From NCBI GenBank assembly GCA_021824045.1, contig JAKALR010000001.1, positions 1 through 62,730 of the forward strand: a DNA stretch of 62,730 nucleotides. The letters run 5' to 3'. A program made the translations under genes and the position numbers. The first letter of the stretch is position 1, and each line of letters opens with the position of its first letter. Shown here one piece after another: positions 40,242-49,164 of the stretch. This DNA is from a bacterium (GTDB lineage Bacteria > Patescibacteriota > Minisyncoccia > UBA6257 > GWB1-50-10). The notes beneath the pieces were generated by a model, which ran no database searches, was not told the DNA's origin, and was given only the letters and a program-made list of their open reading frames with translations.

Positions 40242-40252
40242 ATGAAGCTAAC

Positions 40253-40319
40253 GAGATAGATAGAAATAGGCTTCGCGATATTTACCGGAATCCTATATCC
40301 GTTTATTTCTATGTATCTC
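40253..40319. repeat. 16-bp inverted repeat built from GATAGA/ATAGA units after gyrB
   Basis: GAGATAGATAGAAATA at 40253-40268 pairs with TATTTCTATGTATCTC at 40304-40319 (one mismatch). Confidence 0.75.
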
Positions 40320-40332
40320 TATGTATTTCCGC

Positions 40333-42324
40333 CTAAATATCGATGTTCTTGGCGTAAACGGCGTTTGCCTGGATGAAGTTCTTGCGCGGTTCCACGAGCT
40401 CTCCCATCAGGACGTCAAACATCCGGTTGGCTTCAATCGCGTCATCAACGGTTATTTTCTTCATGAGGCGCGTCGCGGGATCCATGGTTGTTTCCCAAAG
40501 CTGCGAGGGGTTCATTTCGCCCAAGCCCTTGTAGCGCTGGATGTTCACGCCGTCGCCACCCATCTTTTTTATCAATTTGTCGCGTTCGTCGTCGCTGTAG
40601 GCGTACTGAAATTCTTTCCCTTTTTGAACCCGGAAAAGCGGCGGCTGGGCGATGTAGATGTAGCCGTCCTCCATGATTTTCGGAAAATACCGGTAGAAGA
40701 GCGTGAGGAGGAGCGTCCTGATGTGCGCACCATCGACGTCGGCATCGGTCATGATGACGATCTTATGGTAGCGGAGCTTCGTGATGTCAAAGTTCTCCGA
40801 TATGGCGGTTCCGAGCGCGATGACAAGCGAGCGGATTTCCTTGTTCGCGAGCATCTTATCGATTCTCGATTTTTCCACGTTCAAGATCTTTCCGCGGAGC
40901 GGGAGGATTGCCTGGAATCTCCGATCGCGCCCCTGTTTGGCGGATCCGCCTGCGGAGTCTCCCTCGACGATGAACAGTTCCGATTCCTCGGCCTTGCGGG
41001 ACGAGCAGTCGGCGAGCTTGCCGGGAAGCGTCAATCCTTCGAGCGCGCCCTTCCGGAGAACCGTGTCTTTCGCGGCCTTGGCGGCTTTCCGGGCTTTCGC
41101 GGCAATCAGGTTCTTTTCGATAATTTTCTTCGCGTCTTGGGGATGCTTCTCCAGAAATTCCTTCAGGGCTTCGTTCACGACGTATTCGACGGCGGTCCTG
41201 GCTTCCGGATTTCCCAGCCGGGCCTTGGTTTGTCCTTCGAATTGAGGTTCGTGTATTTTTATTGAAATAATCGAAACGACGCCTTCCCGGATGTCATCAC
41301 CCGTCAGATTCTCGTCCGCCTCTTTGAGGTATTCTTCTTTCCTAGCGTAATCATTCAATGTTCGCGTCATGGCGCTTCGGAGACCGGTCAAATGCATGCC
41401 GCCGTCCGACGTGTAGATGTTGTTCGCGAAGCTCAGTTCTTTGGCTTCCTGGTCGTTGATGTAGGTGATCGCGGTTTCGATCTCGATGTCCTGATACGTT
41501 TTGTGGACGTAGAAGGACTCGTCCTGTATCGACGTTTCTCCGTCGATCAGATAACTCAGGAAGGATTTCAGTCCGCCGTCGAAGTAAAAACCGTATCGAT
41601 ACGGCTCGTCTCCCCGTTCGTCCACGATCATTATCCGTACGCCCTTCGTGAGATAGGCCTGCTGCCGCAAGTGGTCGATGATCCTCTTCCGGTCATATTC
41701 TATTTTTTGGAAAATTTCGGGGTCGGCGTCGAAAATGACTTTCGTCCCGGTATGCGTCGATTTACCGTTTTTCCTGACGGCGAATTCCGGCTTGCCGCGT
41801 TTATATTCCTGGAAATAGACGGTGTTATCGCGGGAAACCTCGACGCGGAGCCATGTTGAGAGCGCGTTCACGACGCTGACGCCCACGCCGTGGAGCCCGC
41901 CGGAGACTTTGTAGGATTCGCCGCCGAATTTTCCTCCGGCATGAAGCGTGGTCAGAACCGTTTCCAGAGCCGACTTCTTGGTTTGCTGGTGGATGTCGAC
42001 CGGGATGCCGCGGCCGTCGTCGGTTACCGCGATCCGGTTGTCCTTCAGGAGTTCGATGGTTATATTCTTGGCATACCCGCCCATCGCTTCGTCGATGGAG
42101 TTGTCGACAACCTCCCAGACCAAATGGTGGAGGCCGTCGACTCCCGTGGAGCCGATATACATGCCGGGGCGTTTCCTGACCGGCTCAAGGCCCTCCAGGA
42201 CGTAAATGTCCTTGGCGCCGTAGGATGGCTCGGATTTTGCCTGCGATTTGACCTCTTTTTTGGGTTCTTGCTTCGGTTCCTTTTTGGGTTCCTGGGTTTT
42301 CTGGTTTATTGGTATTTTTACCAT
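40333..42324 (-). CDS. gyrB: DNA gyrase subunit B
   Basis: GLHHLVWEVVDNSIDE, EGDSAGGSAKQGRDR, PLRGKILNVEK. Carries a K/E/P-rich N-terminal extension. Confidence 0.95.
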   Translation of the reverse strand: MVKIPINQKTQEPKKEPKQEPKKEVKSQAKSEPSYGAKDIYVLEGLEPVRKRPGMYIGSTGVDGLHHLVWEVVDNSIDEAMGGYAKNITIELLKDNRIAVTDDGRGIPVDIHQQTKKSALETVLTTLHAGGKFGGESYKVSGGLHGVGVSVVNALSTWLRVEVSRDNTVYFQEYKRGKPEFAVRKNGKSTHTGTKVIFDADPEIFQKIEYDRKRIIDHLRQQAYLTKGVRIMIVDERGDEPYRYGFYFDGGLKSFLSYLIDGETSIQDESFYVHKTYQDIEIETAITYINDQEAKELSFANNIYTSDGGMHLTGLRSAMTRTLNDYARKEEYLKEADENLTGDDIREGVVSIISIKIHEPQFEGQTKARLGNPEARTAVEYVVNEALKEFLEKHPQDAKKIIEKNLIAAKARKAAKAAKDTVLRKGALEGLTLPGKLADCSSRKAEESELFIVEGDSAGGSAKQGRDRRFQAILPLRGKILNVEKSRIDKMLANKEIRSLVIALGTAISENFDITKLRYHKIVIMTDADVDGAHIRTLLLTLFYRYFPKIMEDGYIYIAQPPLFRVQKGKEFQYAYSDDERDKLIKKMGGDGVNIQRYKGLGEMNPSQLWETTMDPATRLMKKITVDDAIEANRMFDVLMGELVEPRKNFIQANAVYAKNIDI

Positions 42325-42326
42325 AT

Positions 42327-42469
42327 CCGGTTAGTAGAAACTCGATTGCGGGTCAATATGATTCACTGAATCGAGTCTGTTGCATATGACCTTTTTATGA
42401 ACTTTATCATCACTACTTATTCCTTTGCATTGACCCGACGGTGAATCTCATCGAGTTTTCACTACCGGG
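42327..42469. mobile_element. 143-nt hairpin element family 2 inserted at the gyrB start codon
   Basis: Ends CCGGTTAGTAGAAACTCGAT..ATCGAGTTTTCACTACCGGG, flanked by CATAT (42322-42326, containing the gyrB ATG) and CATAT (42470-42474). Confidence 0.75.
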
Positions 42470-42530
42470 CATATCAAGTCAACAAAAAATAAGCTTGTGG
42501 CCTCTTTATAGCTTTATTTTACCATACTCT

Positions 42531-43175
42531 CTATGCCTTTACCAGTTCATCGCCGATGAAATTCGCGTTGGCCTGCTCCCAATTCACCACGTTCCACCAG
42601 GCAGTAATGTAGTCAGGCCGGCGATTTTGATATTTCAGGTAGTGGGCGTGTTCCCAAACGTCGAGGCAGAGGACGGGCTTGAACCCGTTCGAAATCGGGT
42701 TTTCCTGATTCGATGTTTGGATGATTTTTAACCCCTCGCTGTTGCTCATGCCAAGCCAAGCCCAGCCGCTCCCGAAGACGCCGGCGGCGGCCTTGGAAAA
42801 TTCTTCCTGGAATTTTTCGAAACTGCCGAAGGTCGCGGTTATTGCGCTCGAAAGTTCTTCCGCGGGTTTTCCCCCGCCCTTGGGTTTCATGAGCTCCCAA
42901 AAAAGCGAATGGTTGAAATGACCTCCGCCGTTATTGCGGACTGCGGTGCGAATGCTTTCCGGCACCCCGTTTAAATTTTTTAACAGATTGGCGAGTGATT
43001 GAAGTTCCGGCTTGCCCGCCGAAGCTTGAGCGAGGGCGGGAAAACCGGCGAGCGCGTCATTCAGTTTCGCCACGTACCCCGCATGATGCTTGGTATAGTG
43101 GATCTCCATCGTTTTCGCGTCGATGTACGGCTCGAGCGCGTCGTAAGCGTAGGGCAATGGGGGTAATTCAAACAT
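42531..43175 (-). CDS. Fe/Mn superoxide dismutase
   Basis: [29 protein letters not shown]. Start trimmed to MFELPPLPY. Confidence 0.9.
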   Translation of the reverse strand: MFELPPLPYAYDALEPYIDAKTMEIHYTKHHAGYVAKLNDALAGFPALAQASAGKPELQSLANLLKNLNGVPESIRTAVRNNGGGHFNHSLFWELMKPKGGGKPAEELSSAITATFGSFEKFQEEFSKAAAGVFGSGWAWLGMSNSEGLKIIQTSNQENPISNGFKPVLCLDVWEHAHYLKYQNRRPDYITAWWNVVNWEQANANFIGDELVKA

Positions 43176-43216
43176 ATATAAAGTATACCAAATAACCGGC
43201 ACTTTAGTTACCCGAA

Positions 43217-44995
43217 TTACAGCTGTTGGAGTTCGTAGAATCTCTTGTACAATCCGTTCGGCTTCTTGATGAGTTCTTCGTGTGTCCCCTCCTCCGCGAT
43301 TTTTCCCCGGTGCAGGAAGAATATCCGGTTCGCTTTTTTCACCGTGCTCAGGCGGTGCGCGATGATGAATGTCGTTCTGCCCGTCATCAGTTTTCCGAGG
43401 GCTTCCATGACGAATTTCTCCGATTGGGCGTCGAGGCTGGACGTCGGTTCATCGAGGATGAGTATTTTCGGATTTTTGAGTATGGCGCGGGCGATGGCGA
43501 TCCGCTGTTTCTGACCGGTCGAAAGCTTGATGCCCCGCTCCCCGACCATCTGGTCGTATTTCTTTTGGAATTTTTCTATGAAGTCGTTGGCGTGGGCTTT
43601 GGTCGCCGCCTCGGTCACTTTTTTGTCGGATGCCGAAAAATTGCCGTAGCGGATGTTGTTCTTCACCGTATCGTTGAAGAGCATGATCTCCTGCGGCACC
43701 GCGGCGATCTGGCTTCTCAGGAATTTCAGATCGAAGTTTTTGACGTTATGCCCGTCCACCAAAACCTCGCCTTTCGTGGGTTTCAAATAGTGCGAGATGA
43801 GATCGACGAGCGTGGTTTTGCCGACGCCCGATTCCCCCACCAGGGCTATGATTTCTCCCGGATGGACCGTGAAACTCAAGCCGTTCAGCGTCGGAGCCTT
43901 GTTGTTCTTGTACGAGAAGCTGACGTTCTTGAATTCCACGCTGCCCCGTATCGCGGGGAGTATCACGGCGGACTTGGGGACGTAGGTTTCCGTCGGCTGG
44001 GTCAGTATCTTTTCCGCGCGTTCCAGGGCCACGAGGCCGTTGTTGAACGTCTGCCAATTTTGGGCGAGGACGACGAACGGTCCGAAGAACATCGCGGCGT
44101 AGCCGTTGAACATCACGAGTTCGCCGATGGTCATCCTTCCCTGCCAAATCGAGTAGATGGCGTAGACGTATATTATTGTTTGGGAAACGATGATGATGAC
44201 GCGCTGGGAAAAACTGATGTTTTGCCAGATGCCGATGAATTCCTGCCAAAACTTGGCGGCTTTCAAGTTGAAGTTCCGGTATGATTTTTTCTTCTCGTAT
44301 TCCTCGGCCGTGGCCTGTTTGACGGCTTGGGCGTTCATCACGGCGTCGTATGCGTCGCCGTACGCCAAGTTGTACGAATGGTGCATTTTCCGTTGTATTG
44401 TGGAAAGTTTCGGGGCAACTCTGAAAAGGATGAAGACGTATATGATGACGGCGACGAGTATCAGGGACGTCAGCACCGGCTTGATGGAAAAAGTTATGAT
44501 GAGCGCGCCCACGACGCTCAAGATCTGCGGAGCGATGCCGACGACGACGTTGCCCAATATGTTCTGGAGCCAGTTGGAGGCGCGGGTTATCCTGTCCCAG
44601 GTATCGCCCATCTTGTGTTCTTTGTGGAAGGAAAGCGGCAGCTCCAGAAGGTAGCTGAAGCCGTTCACCGCATAATCGGCTTCGACGAGCGAAAGGAGTT
44701 TCTCCCGTTTCAGGTCTATCTGCCAGTCGAACGTGTCAGCGCCGATTTTCATGACGAGCCATATTCCCAGGAACAGAAAGACCAACGGGAGTATTTTCCC
44801 GAAAATCTCGAACGTCCCGTGCTCGTTAATGATGCTGTCGATTACTTTTCCGGAAAGATACGGAACGGCGACGTTCGTTATGGCCGAGAGGACGCTCAAA
44901 ATCGAAATAACGAGAACGACCTTCCGGTAAGGCCTCAGGTATTTCAGAATTATTTTAAATCCCCTGGTTGCTTTCTTTTTCTTATCCTCGATCAT
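43217..44995 (-). CDS. ABC exporter, fused permease/ATPase (MsbA-like)
   Basis: Six-TM domain plus [23 protein letters not shown] and ILILDEPTS. Start trimmed to MIEDKKKK. Confidence 0.85.
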   Translation of the reverse strand: MIEDKKKKATRGFKIILKYLRPYRKVVLVISILSVLSAITNVAVPYLSGKVIDSIINEHGTFEIFGKILPLVFLFLGIWLVMKIGADTFDWQIDLKREKLLSLVEADYAVNGFSYLLELPLSFHKEHKMGDTWDRITRASNWLQNILGNVVVGIAPQILSVVGALIITFSIKPVLTSLILVAVIIYVFILFRVAPKLSTIQRKMHHSYNLAYGDAYDAVMNAQAVKQATAEEYEKKKSYRNFNLKAAKFWQEFIGIWQNISFSQRVIIIVSQTIIYVYAIYSIWQGRMTIGELVMFNGYAAMFFGPFVVLAQNWQTFNNGLVALERAEKILTQPTETYVPKSAVILPAIRGSVEFKNVSFSYKNNKAPTLNGLSFTVHPGEIIALVGESGVGKTTLVDLISHYLKPTKGEVLVDGHNVKNFDLKFLRSQIAAVPQEIMLFNDTVKNNIRYGNFSASDKKVTEAATKAHANDFIEKFQKKYDQMVGERGIKLSTGQKQRIAIARAILKNPKILILDEPTSSLDAQSEKFVMEALGKLMTGRTTFIIAHRLSTVKKANRIFFLHRGKIAEEGTHEELIKKPNGLYKRFYELQQL

Positions 44996-45054
44996 AAAAA
45001 TCAACATTATTATACAATAAAAACGCCCATTCGGGAAGATGGGCATTCCGAATT

Positions 45055-45492
45055 TTAGTTGTTCTTTTTTTCTTTTAAGGCGCAGGATTTGCAGACGCCG
45101 TAGAATTCCAGGGCGTGCTGTCTGATTTCCGCGAAATGCTTCGATGACCGGAGAATACGGGCTTGCGTTTCTTCCATCCCGCAATGGTGCACGATTTCTA
45201 TCTTCCCGCAGGCGAGGCATATGAGGTGATGGTGTTCGGCGAGGTCGGCGAGCTCATAGTGGGCGTGATTATGCCGCAGGTCGATCTGCTTCAACACTCC
45301 TTTCCCGTTCAGCGATTTGAGTGTCCGATAAACCGTCGCCTGATCGGCGCTTCGCGGCAAGGCATCGATGACTTCCTGGGCGCTCAGGGGTTTCCTCGCT
45401 TTTTTGAAAATCCCGAGGATCGCGAGCCGGGACGGCGTCGCCTTATAACCGCTTTTTCTGAGCAGCTGCCGGTCCGCGTCGTTTTTCGTCAT
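45055..45492 (-). CDS. Fur family metalloregulator (Zur-like)
   Basis: HHHLICLACGKIEIV..CKSC. Divergent from a metal ABC importer. Confidence 0.85.
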   Translation of the reverse strand: MTKNDADRQLLRKSGYKATPSRLAILGIFKKARKPLSAQEVIDALPRSADQATVYRTLKSLNGKGVLKQIDLRHNHAHYELADLAEHHHLICLACGKIEIVHHCGMEETQARILRSSKHFAEIRQHALEFYGVCKSCALKEKKNN

Positions 45493-45514
45493 ATCCCATG
45501 CTATTTTAAATGCG

Positions 45515-45532
45515 AATTATTTGCAAATAATT
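45515..45532. promoter_or_regulatory. perfect 18-bp palindrome AATTATTTGCAAATAATT (Fur/Zur-box-like operator)
   Basis: Located in the 76-nt divergent intergenic region between zur-like and znuC-like genes. Confidence 0.65.
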
Positions 45533-45568
45533 TGACAGTTTAGAATATCGCCGATAGGATGATAAACA

Positions 45569-46288
45569 ATGGCAGGCCGAAAAATCATTGAAGTGAAAAA
45601 CCTCAGCGTTACTCTGGATGGTCGGAAGATCGTCGGCGAAGTTTCTTTCACCTTGCAATCCCAGGAAGTTTTAGCCATTGTCGGCCCGAACGGTGCCGGC
45701 AAATCGATACTCCTCAAAACCCTCGTTGGCATCAATAAGCACTATTCCGGCGAGATTTATTTTGCGCCCGGGACGAAAATCGGCTACCTCCCCCAACGTT
45801 TCCATGTTGATTCTTATCTTCCCATAACCGTGAGGGAATTTTTGAATCTGAAGCCGGAGCATAAATATACTCTCGAAGAAGTTTTGCGGCTGGTGGATAT
45901 CCCGGAGACCTGGCTCACGCAGAATCTCGGGACGTTCTCGAGCGGCCAGCTTCAAAAAATTCTCCTCGCTTGGGCCGTCATTGACCAGCCGCACGTGCTC
46001 CTCTTTGATGAACCGACGGAAAACGTCGACGTTGTTTCACAGGAATCGATCTACGACCTTCTCCACGAACTCCAGGATCGCCTCGCCATCTCCATCATTA
46101 TCGTCTCGCATGATCTGGATGTCGTTTATAAATATGCCAACACCGTTCTTTGTCTCAATGAACGGATGCTGTGCTACGGCGAACCTGTTGCGACATTGAC
46201 GAACGAGGCGCTCTCGGAGCTTTACGGCGATCATGCCTTCTTCCACCATCATCACTTCGGAAATCATCATCACGATGACGTCCAATAA
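45569..46288 (+). CDS. znuC: metal (zinc/manganese) ABC importer ATPase
   Basis: GPNGAGKS, FSSGQLQKILLA, LLFDEPTENVD, His-rich tail HHHHFGNHHHDD. Confidence 0.85.
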   Translation: MAGRKIIEVKNLSVTLDGRKIVGEVSFTLQSQEVLAIVGPNGAGKSILLKTLVGINKHYSGEIYFAPGTKIGYLPQRFHVDSYLPITVREFLNLKPEHKYTLEEVLRLVDIPETWLTQNLGTFSSGQLQKILLAWAVIDQPHVLLFDEPTENVDVVSQESIYDLLHELQDRLAISIIIVSHDLDVVYKYANTVLCLNERMLCYGEPVATLTNEALSELYGDHAFFHHHHFGNHHHDDVQ

Positions 46289-46291
46289 TTT

Positions 46292-47083
46292 ATGGATATT
46301 TTCATTCTTACGCTAATTTCCGGAATCTTCGTCGCTGCTGCGAGCGGACTCGTGGGATCATTCTTGATCTTGCGACGGATGGCGCTTCTCTCCGACGCCC
46401 TTTCGCACGTTGCGCTTCCCGGCATCGCGCTCGGCATATTGTTTCACGTTGTGCCGATTTGGGGAGGCCTCATCTTCCTCTTCCTGGGAGTAACGCTGAT
46501 CTGGATCGTGGAGAATAAAACGAAGCTGGCGACGGAATCGGTAACCGGCGTTATGTTCGTGACCGCCCTCGCGATTGGCACCCTTATCATACCGGAACAG
46601 GATCTCCTTGAAGCTTTCTTCGGCAATGTCGCTAAGCTCACCATTCTCCAGATCGGCCTCCAGACATTCGTCGCTCTCGCGATTATCACGTTCATCCTGA
46701 TCTATCTCAAGCGCCTGACGCTCTTTTCAATTGCGCCGGACTTGAGCGCCTCGCTTAAGGTTTCATCGCTGAAAATGCAATTGGTTCTCCTTATTCTCAT
46801 CGCTCTTACCATCACCATCGGCATCAGTTTTGTCGGCGTACTTCTGATGAGCGCTCTCATCATCATTCCTGCCGCTGCGGCGAGGAACATCGCAAAGAGC
46901 TTCAACGGTTTTTTGGCGGTCTCGGTCGCTATGGCCATCCTCGCCCTCGTCTCGGGACTTCTGATCGGCGAAATTTATAACTTGAATCCGGGCGTGATGA
47001 CGGTTATGGCGAGCGCCAGTCTGTTTGTTGTCAGCCTTTTTGGGAGAATTGATCCATTCAAAAAGCGGCCAAACTCAAGCTAA
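46292..47083 (+). CDS. znuB: metal ABC importer permease (ABC-3 family)
   Basis: Multi-TM ABC-3 layout directly after the ATPase gene. Confidence 0.85.
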   Translation: MDIFILTLISGIFVAAASGLVGSFLILRRMALLSDALSHVALPGIALGILFHVVPIWGGLIFLFLGVTLIWIVENKTKLATESVTGVMFVTALAIGTLIIPEQDLLEAFFGNVAKLTILQIGLQTFVALAIITFILIYLKRLTLFSIAPDLSASLKVSSLKMQLVLLILIALTITIGISFVGVLLMSALIIIPAAAARNIAKSFNGFLAVSVAMAILALVSGLLIGEIYNLNPGVMTVMASASLFVVSLFGRIDPFKKRPNSS

Positions 47084-47122
47084 CGTAAAAATCTCGCTGA
47101 CAAAGGTTTTTCCATCTCGGGC

Positions 47123-47317
47123 TCAGGGGCGCCTCTTGCGGAGCCATTTTATGAAAATGATGAAGACGATGGCAATGATAAGGACCGCGACCAGATACGG
47201 GATCGCTTTCGCCGGATCGACGAAGAAATACCAGACGAGAATCCCAATAGCCAAGATTAAGAATCCCGCCAGGAATCGTTCCAGTTTATTACTTTTGGAA
47301 GAAGAATTAACTGACAT
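47123..47317 (-). CDS. small hypothetical membrane protein
   Basis: 64 aa with two hydrophobic helices, followed by a basic tail. Confidence 0.4.
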   Translation of the reverse strand: MSVNSSSKSNKLERFLAGFLILAIGILVWYFFVDPAKAIPYLVAVLIIAIVFIIFIKWLRKRRP

Positions 47318-47345
47318 CGTTATAGGGTTTCACGTCTCGGGTGTC

Positions 47346-49103
47346 CTAATGCGAGAGCGTCAGGGTGAAGAGTATTTCGCGGGCGATCGATTCGTCTTCG
47401 CCCATGAATGCTTGATTTACGATCACTGCGTCGTGGTACCAGCCGGTTGAAGTCACGGATGTCGCCTGAGACGGCATGGCCTTCATTATGTCGTAATAGC
47501 TGCTGAGGGTGTTTTTCAAAACAAATCCCAATTGATATTCCAAGAGGTCCAGGCGAATTCCCTTTCCCGTATCGTTGTTCATTTCTTGGTATGTTATGTC
47601 GAACGCGTCGTTGAAGGCCGGTCCCATTTGATATTTCCCCGTCAAGGCGCCGCCGTAGGTATCCCTTATTTGGTTTATGTAAGAGATCATATTCGTGCTT
47701 GTCCGGCAAAACTCGCGGTTACCGATCATGATGGTCTCTCCGTCGGAACATGACGTCAGATCGTTGTTTTGTTCCAGGATGTTGATGGTTGTCGGATTAG
47801 AATTGGGATCGTATGGAGAAAGCGATGTGAATGCGATTCCCGGTCCGATAAAATCGGATGACTGGCACGGACCCAGTCCCTTGAGTTCGTGGATACTATC
47901 CATGCAAGCGACCCCGTAGTTCTCGGCCTTCCAATCGTTCGCCGGATAGATAATCTGAATTCCGTATTTGTCGTTGGTAAAAGCGCTCCAGTCGGATGTA
48001 TTGATATCCGAGGTGTAGGTTGACGCCGCGAGCGGAAGAACCTGGACGGTTTCTTGCCACGGTGTTCCGCTGCCGTCTCCGTCGATGAAATATTGACCTA
48101 TGTTGAAGAACATGAACCGGTCGGGGTGGTTTTTGTCCATCGCGAAATATCTGATGCCGTTGGTTGCCGAATAATCGGCCGGACACTTGCTTGAGTTGTA
48201 CCAAAATGGTTCATTTGAATCCGGCGGCGGCGGATAATTGATGATGGCGATGACGAAGTTATCCGGCATCGGAGGGAACCCGGGTTGATATTGCAGTGGC
48301 GATACGAAGCAATCGTTGGATGGGTAACCGGCTAAGAATTGCTTAGCGATGGCTTCAGTGAGCGAATAGCTTGGGTCCTTGGAAAAGACCTCAACGCTTT
48401 GATTATTCACCGATATTTTGTCGCCTTTTTCGCTTACTCGCACTTCGGGCATCCCCGGCGTTTCGTAGTAATTGAACGTGATACCTAGTTTCGAAGAAAT
48501 ATACATCCGGACATTCGGATCGGTTTCGGTTATGGCGTTATCCACAAATCCGAAGTATTTCGTGATGGGCATCGTGGCACTCGCCATGCCGTCACTCGGC
48601 CCGTGGTCGAGCATGGCGACCGCCACCTGGCTGTTCTCTATCTTTACGGAGTTCACGACGATGCGGTCCCCCAGAAGCTTTGTCCCGACTTCCTTGGGCT
48701 TCCCGTTGTCGTCCAGAAAAATGACGATATAGTAAAAACTTCCGCTTCCGCCGAGTTGTTCAACAACCGGCACAGCGGCATCGTTCTTTCCGTCGCTATT
48801 CAAATCGCCGAAGGCGATTTGATTGCTCATAAGCGCGGCGGTCTCGGTTATCGTTGGCGTAACGGCGCCTTTTCCTTGCGATACCGATGTAGCGTACTCG
48901 CCGTTATCATTGAAAGTAAAAGAACCGCCGATGTCAGGCAGCGTGTAATTTGCTGTTTTTATCTGGCCAGCCGTCAATCCCGCCGGAATTGTTTTCGTTT
49001 GCGTGGATTTCGCGAAAATGAGATATAACGCCCCAACCGCCACCACGATGCCCAAAACCATCAACTCCGTTGATATTTTTGAGACCCCTCCTTTCTGTTT
49101 CAT
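47346..49103 (-). CDS. hypothetical secreted/membrane-anchored protein with FG-GAP/VCBS-like motif
   Basis: N-terminal TM and FGDLNSDGKNDAAV. No further family recognised. Confidence 0.65.
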   Translation of the reverse strand: MKQKGGVSKISTELMVLGIVVAVGALYLIFAKSTQTKTIPAGLTAGQIKTANYTLPDIGGSFTFNDNGEYATSVSQGKGAVTPTITETAALMSNQIAFGDLNSDGKNDAAVPVVEQLGGSGSFYYIVIFLDDNGKPKEVGTKLLGDRIVVNSVKIENSQVAVAMLDHGPSDGMASATMPITKYFGFVDNAITETDPNVRMYISSKLGITFNYYETPGMPEVRVSEKGDKISVNNQSVEVFSKDPSYSLTEAIAKQFLAGYPSNDCFVSPLQYQPGFPPMPDNFVIAIINYPPPPDSNEPFWYNSSKCPADYSATNGIRYFAMDKNHPDRFMFFNIGQYFIDGDGSGTPWQETVQVLPLAASTYTSDINTSDWSAFTNDKYGIQIIYPANDWKAENYGVACMDSIHELKGLGPCQSSDFIGPGIAFTSLSPYDPNSNPTTINILEQNNDLTSCSDGETIMIGNREFCRTSTNMISYINQIRDTYGGALTGKYQMGPAFNDAFDITYQEMNNDTGKGIRLDLLEYQLGFVLKNTLSSYYDIMKAMPSQATSVTSTGWYHDAVIVNQAFMGEDESIAREILFTLTLSH

Positions 49104-49164
49104 GGATTGATTATAGCAAAGCCGATGATTAAAAAAAGTAACGGAAATCGCTGAGGTTTTAATT

